This document shows positions 59,504-64,000 of a DNA stretch of 64,000 nt, one piece after another. The DNA is from a virus. The notes under the pieces were generated by a model. That model ran no database searches and was not told the DNA's origin. It saw nothing but the letters and a program-made list of their open reading frames with translations. How positions within the stretch are numbered: position 1 is the first letter of the stretch; every line of letters starts with the position of its first letter. Position numbers and translations under genes: made by a program. The stretch lies in IMG/VR virus record IMGVR_UViG_3300028384_001046, positions 32,001 to 96,000 of that record; one strand, written 5' to 3'.

Positions 59504-60158
59504 TCGTACTGTTAATCTTCTTCGTAACTTCTCGTCGATTAATCAGTCGATTCTGTTCAAAGAAGGTAACAAACTTCGCACCATCAGTGTGATGAAGAAC
59601 ATCCTTGCAGAAGCAAACATTGATGAAGAACTTCCACAAGACTTTGGTATCTATGACCTTGGTCAGTTTCTCAATTCCCTGAATCTTTTTCAGGAACCTG
59701 AACTGAACTTCGATGGATCCAGCTATGTCACTCTTAAAGAGGGACGACAGAAATCTAAGTATTTCTTTGCTGATCCTAGTGTTATTGTATCTCCTCCCGA
59801 CAAGTCTATCGAACTGCCTACAGTTGATGTTGATTTTATTCTGAAGAGTTCTCAACTTGATCGTCTTCTTAAGGCTGCTGCAGTCTACCACCTCACAGAC
59901 CTTTCTGTGATCGGTGAAGACGGTGAGATCAAACTGATGGTACATGACCGTAAGAACGACACGTCTAACGACTTCTCTATCGTTGTAGGCGAGACTAGCA
60001 AGAACTTTGGTCTCCACTTCAAAGTTGAGAATATTAAAATTGTCCCTGGTTCTTACGAAGTTTCTATTTCTAAAAAACTTCTTTCTCAGTTTAAATCCTC
60101 TGAGTATGATTTGACTTACTTTATTGCTCTTGAGCCTGATCTTACCTGGGAAGAATAA
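59472..60158 (+). CDS. gp45: Sliding clamp gp45
   Basis: LRNFSSINQSI, FGIYDLGQFL, YFFADPSVI, YFIALE. Confidence 0.92.
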   Translation: MQTKTPLKLSDRTVNLLRNFSSINQSILFKEGNKLRTISVMKNILAEANIDEELPQDFGIYDLGQFLNSLNLFQEPELNFDGSSYVTLKEGRQKSKYFFADPSVIVSPPDKSIELPTVDVDFILKSSQLDRLLKAAAVYHLTDLSVIGEDGEIKLMVHDRKNDTSNDFSIVVGETSKNFGLHFKVENIKIVPGSYEVSISKKLLSQFKSSEYDLTYFIALEPDLTWEE

Positions 60159-60161
60159 ACA

Positions 60162-60196
60162 TTGACGATATTCTGCCCTATGGTTATCATAGGGCA
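60162..60196 (+). promoter_or_regulatory. sigma70-type promoter with overlapping 9-bp inverted repeat
   Basis: TTGACG-17 nt-TATCAT; TGCCCTATG (60174-60182) / CATAGGGCA (60188-60196). Confidence 0.6.
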
Positions 60197-60210
60197 TATC
60201 CAACATTATC

Positions 60211-60738
60211 ATGAATATTTTTGTAACAGATCAATGTCCAAAAAATTCAGCGACAGTTCTTCCTGATAAACATATTGTTAAAATGCCACTTGAATCCTGT
60301 CAGATGATTTCTATCATCTACAGCAAGTGGTATTTAAATTGGGGAGAAGTTTATCGCAAGGATGGTCAACCATATAATACAAAAAAAGGTGCCTTTCGCA
60401 ATCACCCATGCACTAAGTGGGCTGCAAAGAATCATTACAATCTTGCTTGGTTGATTCAACATGGATGTGCATTGACTACCGAGTATCTCCATAGGTATGG
60501 AAAAATTCATACATGTGCAAAAACTTTGTTTGAAGCCAAAAAAATGTTTCATCGTCTAGTTGGTGAGACAATTACATGTTATAATATGGCTGATAATTTT
60601 GTTCGTGCAATGCCAGATGAGTTTAAACTTGACACAAGCATCGACACTTTTACTGCTTACAAAATGTATATCTCATCCAAACCTTGGGTTGCATCTAATT
60701 ATCTTCGTGACGAATCCCGTAAACCAAATTGGATATGA
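60211..60738 (+). CDS. Pyrimidine-dimer DNA glycosylase-like protein (endonuclease V family)
   Basis: MNIF...DKHIVKMPLESCQM, NHPCTKWA, EYLHRYGKIH, AMPD. Confidence 0.7.
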   Translation: MNIFVTDQCPKNSATVLPDKHIVKMPLESCQMISIIYSKWYLNWGEVYRKDGQPYNTKKGAFRNHPCTKWAAKNHYNLAWLIQHGCALTTEYLHRYGKIHTCAKTLFEAKKMFHRLVGETITCYNMADNFVRAMPDEFKLDTSIDTFTAYKMYISSKPWVASNYLRDESRKPNWI

Positions 60739-60741
60739 TCT

Positions 60742-60960
60742 ATGAATGACCAGTATATGATTAACGATGGCGAATCCAAACAAGACAAGTGGAACAGAGG
60801 ACTTGATCTTTTCATTGAGTCTGTTTTGAAACCTGATCATGCTCTCCGTCAGTGTGCTCATAATCAGAAGTGTTATCACGAATTGATGGATGTGCGACAA
60901 GATGTATTGGACTACTTGAATACTTTGCGATGGCACCAGGATACTTTCATGGTAAAATGA
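60742..60960 (+). CDS. Cyanophage-type hypothetical protein
   Basis: WNRGLDLFIESVLKPD.LRQCAHNQKCY motif. Confidence 0.65.
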   Translation: MNDQYMINDGESKQDKWNRGLDLFIESVLKPDHALRQCAHNQKCYHELMDVRQDVLDYLNTLRWHQDTFMVK

Positions 60961-61004
60961 ACATTGGTGCCGTTTGGCACAATTTGCATAACTTTAACTA
61001 AATT

Positions 61005-61955
61005 ATGAACAACCAGGATTTTCTTTGGGTTGAGAAATATCGCCCAAAGACTATTGAAGATTGTATCCTTCCCGAGGATACGAAAAAAACTTTCAAGTCA
61101 TTCCTGGAGAAAGGTGAGATTCCAAATTTACTTCTCGCTGGACCTCCTGGCATTGGAAAGACTACTATTGCAAAGGCACTATGTCACGAACTTGGAGTAG
61201 ATTATTATGTCATCAACGGATCCGATGAAGGACGATTTCTGGATACAGTACGGAACCAGGCCAAGAATTTCGCTGCGACCGTATCACTATCGGCATCTGA
61301 CGCAAAGCACAAAGTCATCATTATTGACGAAGCTGACAACACAACCCACGACGTACAGCTCCTCCTACGGGCAAATATTGAGGCGTTTTATAAAAACTGC
61401 CGATTCATCTTTACTTGCAACTATCGAAACCGAATTGTTGAACCAATACAATCTCGGTGTTCTGTCATCGAGTTCGGAATTACAGGAAAAAACAAACCTG
61501 CAATCGCCTCAAAGTTCTTCAAACGACTCCAAACCATCCTGGATAAGGAGAATATTAAGGCGGATCCAAAGGTCCTTGCCGAACTGATTAACAAACACTT
61601 CCCTGATTGGAGACGTGTTCTGAACGAATGTCAGAGACATGCATCCTCGGGAGAAATTGACTCATCAATCCTTGCTAATTTTTCCGATGTCAATATTCAA
61701 GACCTTATCAAGGCCCTTAAGGATAAGAAGTTTCCCGAGGTCCGTAAATGGGTCGTTAATAATCTGGACAATGATCCTGGTGTACTTCTTCGTCGTCTTT
61801 ACGATGCTCTTTTTGAAACCCTTGACGGTCCTAGCGTTGCTGCTGCTGTGCTCATTATTGCTAAATATCAGTATCAGATCGCGTTCGTAGCGGATCAAGA
61901 AATTAACTTACTTGCTGCTATGACCGAAATTATGGTGGAGTGCGAGTTCAAATGA
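61005..61955 (+). CDS. gp44: Clamp loader large subunit gp44
   Basis: LWVEKYRP, GPPGIGKT, IIDEAD, SRC, FPDWRR. Confidence 0.95.
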   Translation: MNNQDFLWVEKYRPKTIEDCILPEDTKKTFKSFLEKGEIPNLLLAGPPGIGKTTIAKALCHELGVDYYVINGSDEGRFLDTVRNQAKNFAATVSLSASDAKHKVIIIDEADNTTHDVQLLLRANIEAFYKNCRFIFTCNYRNRIVEPIQSRCSVIEFGITGKNKPAIASKFFKRLQTILDKENIKADPKVLAELINKHFPDWRRVLNECQRHASSGEIDSSILANFSDVNIQDLIKALKDKKFPEVRKWVVNNLDNDPGVLLRRLYDALFETLDGPSVAAAVLIIAKYQYQIAFVADQEINLLAAMTEIMVECEFK

Positions 61956-62182
61956 AAAAGAAGATTGATAAATTAATTGACAAGTCTCTTAGATTTCATC
62001 ATCGTGATATTCATCAAGAGATTAATGGCATGAAACTCAGTGCTCAAATTAAATCTAAGTGGTATTATATTTTCTGGGGAATTGCTACAGTTTCTGTAGT
62101 CTCAGGACAGTTATATGTTGGGAGTGGATATAGAATTATGTCTGACTCCATGAAGGAGTTAATTGAACATGCAGCTAAGTGA
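61952..62182 (+). CDS. Small hypothetical membrane protein
   Basis: ATGA overlap; WYYIFWGIATVSVVSGQ hydrophobic segment. Confidence 0.55.
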   Translation: MKKKIDKLIDKSLRFHHRDIHQEINGMKLSAQIKSKWYYIFWGIATVSVVSGQLYVGSGYRIMSDSMKELIEHAAK

Positions 62183-63299
62183 AACCGATGCAGTATATGC
62201 AGCTAGTAAATTCATTGATTACTTTTCAAACACTGGAAGAATCGATGAATATCTTCGCACAGTCAAACTAGATCGTATTGCCGATCAACCACAATCTCTC
62301 TTTGGTATGCGTCCTGAAGATGATCTCTTCAGCAACTTTGACATGCATCCAGAGGATATGGATATTAGAGTGTACCCTGCTGGAGAAAAAGATAGACAAG
62401 ATTCTTTCCAGAATGAATACTTCAATGAGAGACTTCAGATTACGATGTCTCATGCTTTTGAAACTTCTATTCCTGGAAAATCTCTAAAGTGGATTGTCCA
62501 AGAGAAGAATACTAACAAGACCCTTGGGTTTATTCGGTTCGGTTCTCCCACCATCAATAGCAAACCTCGCAATGAGTGGTTGGGTGATACGCCAGAACTC
62601 AGTAGATTCAATCGTCATGCAATCATGGGATTTGTTATTGTCCCTACTCAACCGTTCGGTTTCAACTACCTGGGCGGTAAACTCTTAGCTCTTCTTTGTT
62701 GTTCTCACGCCGCTAGAGAACAGTTAAATAGTAAGTACGGTTCGGATATCTGTCTGTTTGAGACTACCTCTCTGTACGGGTCTACAAAGTCCTCCTCACA
62801 GTACGATGGACTCAAACCCTACATGAGGTACAGAGGACTCACTGACAGCGATTTTACACCGCTCTTACACGACAATATATTCAAAGACCTGAACAAATGG
62901 TTCATAGCAAGGAACAACGACAAACTCCTGGTGAAGGAGGACGCATCGAGTCGCAAACTCAAGACTCAACAAAAGATGATATCAATCATCAAGAAGAACT
63001 TACCTTCTCAAAAGGTTGTGGAGTTCACAACTGCGATTGCAAGTGCAAAAAATCTGACTGAACAAAAGCGTTTCTATATGTGTGACTATGGATTCAGCAA
63101 TGCTCGTGAAGTTATTCTCGGTGAACAAGAAACTCTCTGTCCTGGCCAGAATTATGAAAAGTTCCATACCGAGAACTTGATTAAATGGTGGAAGAATAAA
63201 TCTTCTAAACGATATGCGAAATTAAAGTCTGAAGGAAGACTTCGCATCAAACTTGAAACCTGGAATACCAATCCAGATGAAATTGATATTATTAGATAA
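62169..63299 (+). CDS. DUF4338 (DruA-like) family protein
   Basis: SIPGKSL, GFIRFGSP, IVPTQPFGFNYLGGKLLALLC, ETTSLYG..SSQY, GLT. Confidence 0.6.
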   Translation: MQLSETDAVYAASKFIDYFSNTGRIDEYLRTVKLDRIADQPQSLFGMRPEDDLFSNFDMHPEDMDIRVYPAGEKDRQDSFQNEYFNERLQITMSHAFETSIPGKSLKWIVQEKNTNKTLGFIRFGSPTINSKPRNEWLGDTPELSRFNRHAIMGFVIVPTQPFGFNYLGGKLLALLCCSHAAREQLNSKYGSDICLFETTSLYGSTKSSSQYDGLKPYMRYRGLTDSDFTPLLHDNIFKDLNKWFIARNNDKLLVKEDASSRKLKTQQKMISIIKKNLPSQKVVEFTTAIASAKNLTEQKRFYMCDYGFSNAREVILGEQETLCPGQNYEKFHTENLIKWWKNKSSKRYAKLKSEGRLRIKLETWNTNPDEIDIIR

Positions 63300-63679
63300 T
63301 GGAACTCAAAGACTGGCTAAACTCTATCAACTTCAACAAACAAGATCTTATTAAAGAAGATCCTGATCGCGAAAAAAAGTATCCCGCTTTTATTATAAAC
63401 AAGTGCCTATCTGGGTTTCTGGATACAATCATGTTTGCTAATGAGATGAATTTGTCTCATCAATTACCAAATAAACTCCAATATGACTTTTATCTAAATA
63501 GTCTCAGGAAAAAGAAGAGATTCTCTCCCTGGCTCCGAAAAGAGAAAATTAAAGACCTTGACCTTGTTAAACAGTACTATGGATATAGTAATGAAAAAGC
63601 AATGCAGGCTTTGACGATTCTAAATAAAAGACAACTGGATTACATTAGAGAACGACTTGACGTTGGAGGTACAAAATGA
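63299..63679 (+). CDS. gp62: Clamp loader small subunit gp62
   Basis: WLNSIN..K, FIINKCLS, ANEMN, YYGYSNEKA. Confidence 0.92.
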   Translation: MELKDWLNSINFNKQDLIKEDPDREKKYPAFIINKCLSGFLDTIMFANEMNLSHQLPNKLQYDFYLNSLRKKKRFSPWLRKEKIKDLDLVKQYYGYSNEKAMQALTILNKRQLDYIRERLDVGGTK

Positions 63680-64000
63680 CTGCATTTGCAGAGCCTGAGG
63701 TTAATTGGTCTGCCGACCGAATGGTAGAAGTGACACTAAATGAACCCGATGATTTTCTGAAGGTTCGTGAAACTCTAACACGAATCGGAGTAGCTTCTAG
63801 GAAAGAGAAAAAGATTTATCAGAGTTGCCATATCCTGCATAAACAGGGTAGATATTATATTGTTCATTTCAAAGAGTTGTTTGCTCTGGACGGTAAACAC
63901 GCCAATCTTACAATTAATGATGTGCAGAGACGTAATCGCATCATTAATCTTCTAAGTGATTGGGGATTGATTAATATTGTTAAACCTGATGATACTATGG
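63676..64000 (+). CDS. regA: Translational repressor RegA, 3'-truncated (absent from ORF track)
   Basis: Hand translation: MTAFAEPEV...PDDFLKVRETLTRIGVASRKEKKIYQSCHILHKQGRYYIVHFKELFALDGK. Confidence 0.95.
   Translation, partial: MTAFAEPEVNWSADRMVEVTLNEPDDFLKVRETLTRIGVASRKEKKIYQSCHILHKQGRYYIVHFKELFALDGKHANLTINDVQRRNRIINLLSDWGLINIVKPDDTM

Noticed and set aside
1-64000. tRNA, rRNA or structured ncRNA genes
   Set aside because: Intergenic gaps are short and accounted for by promoters and terminators; no cloverleaf was seen by eye. A tRNAscan/Infernal run would be decisive.

Overview
64-kb segment of a T4-like marine cyanomyophage (Kyanoviridae-like; pebS, cobS and the cyanophage gene order suggest a Synechococcus/Prochlorococcus host). 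From 5' to 3': (i) 1-19.1 kb, large virion/baseplate/tail-fibre genes; (ii) 19.2-31.8 kb, an accessory island with three tandem paralogous, very Cys-rich glycine-rich adhesin-like genes, a tail-fibre chaperone and a 12-gene tailoring cassette (GT9-like heptosyltransferase, split HldE kinase and nucleotidyltransferase, HldD epimerase, small HAD phosphatase, cupin, one full and one half carbamoyltransferase, four 2OG-Fe(II)-type oxygenases); (iii) 31.8-48.8 kb, the T4 core morphogenesis block gp13-gp23 and gp3; (iv) 48.8-64 kb, recombination/replication/transcription genes (uvsY, uvsW, gp55, gp47, gp46, vWA-peptidase plus CobS-like AAA, pebS, gp45, denV-like, gp44, DUF4338-like, gp62, regA). T4 late-promoter boxes, sigma70-type promoters and intrinsic terminators are visible. 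No tRNA, rRNA, CRISPR array, intron or intein was seen. The best candidate for an undescribed system is the Cys-rich adhesin triplet with its adjacent heptosylation/carbamoylation/hydroxylation cassette, hypothesised to be a phage-encoded virion (tail-fibre) decoration pathway. All family assignments come from reading motifs by eye, not from database searches.
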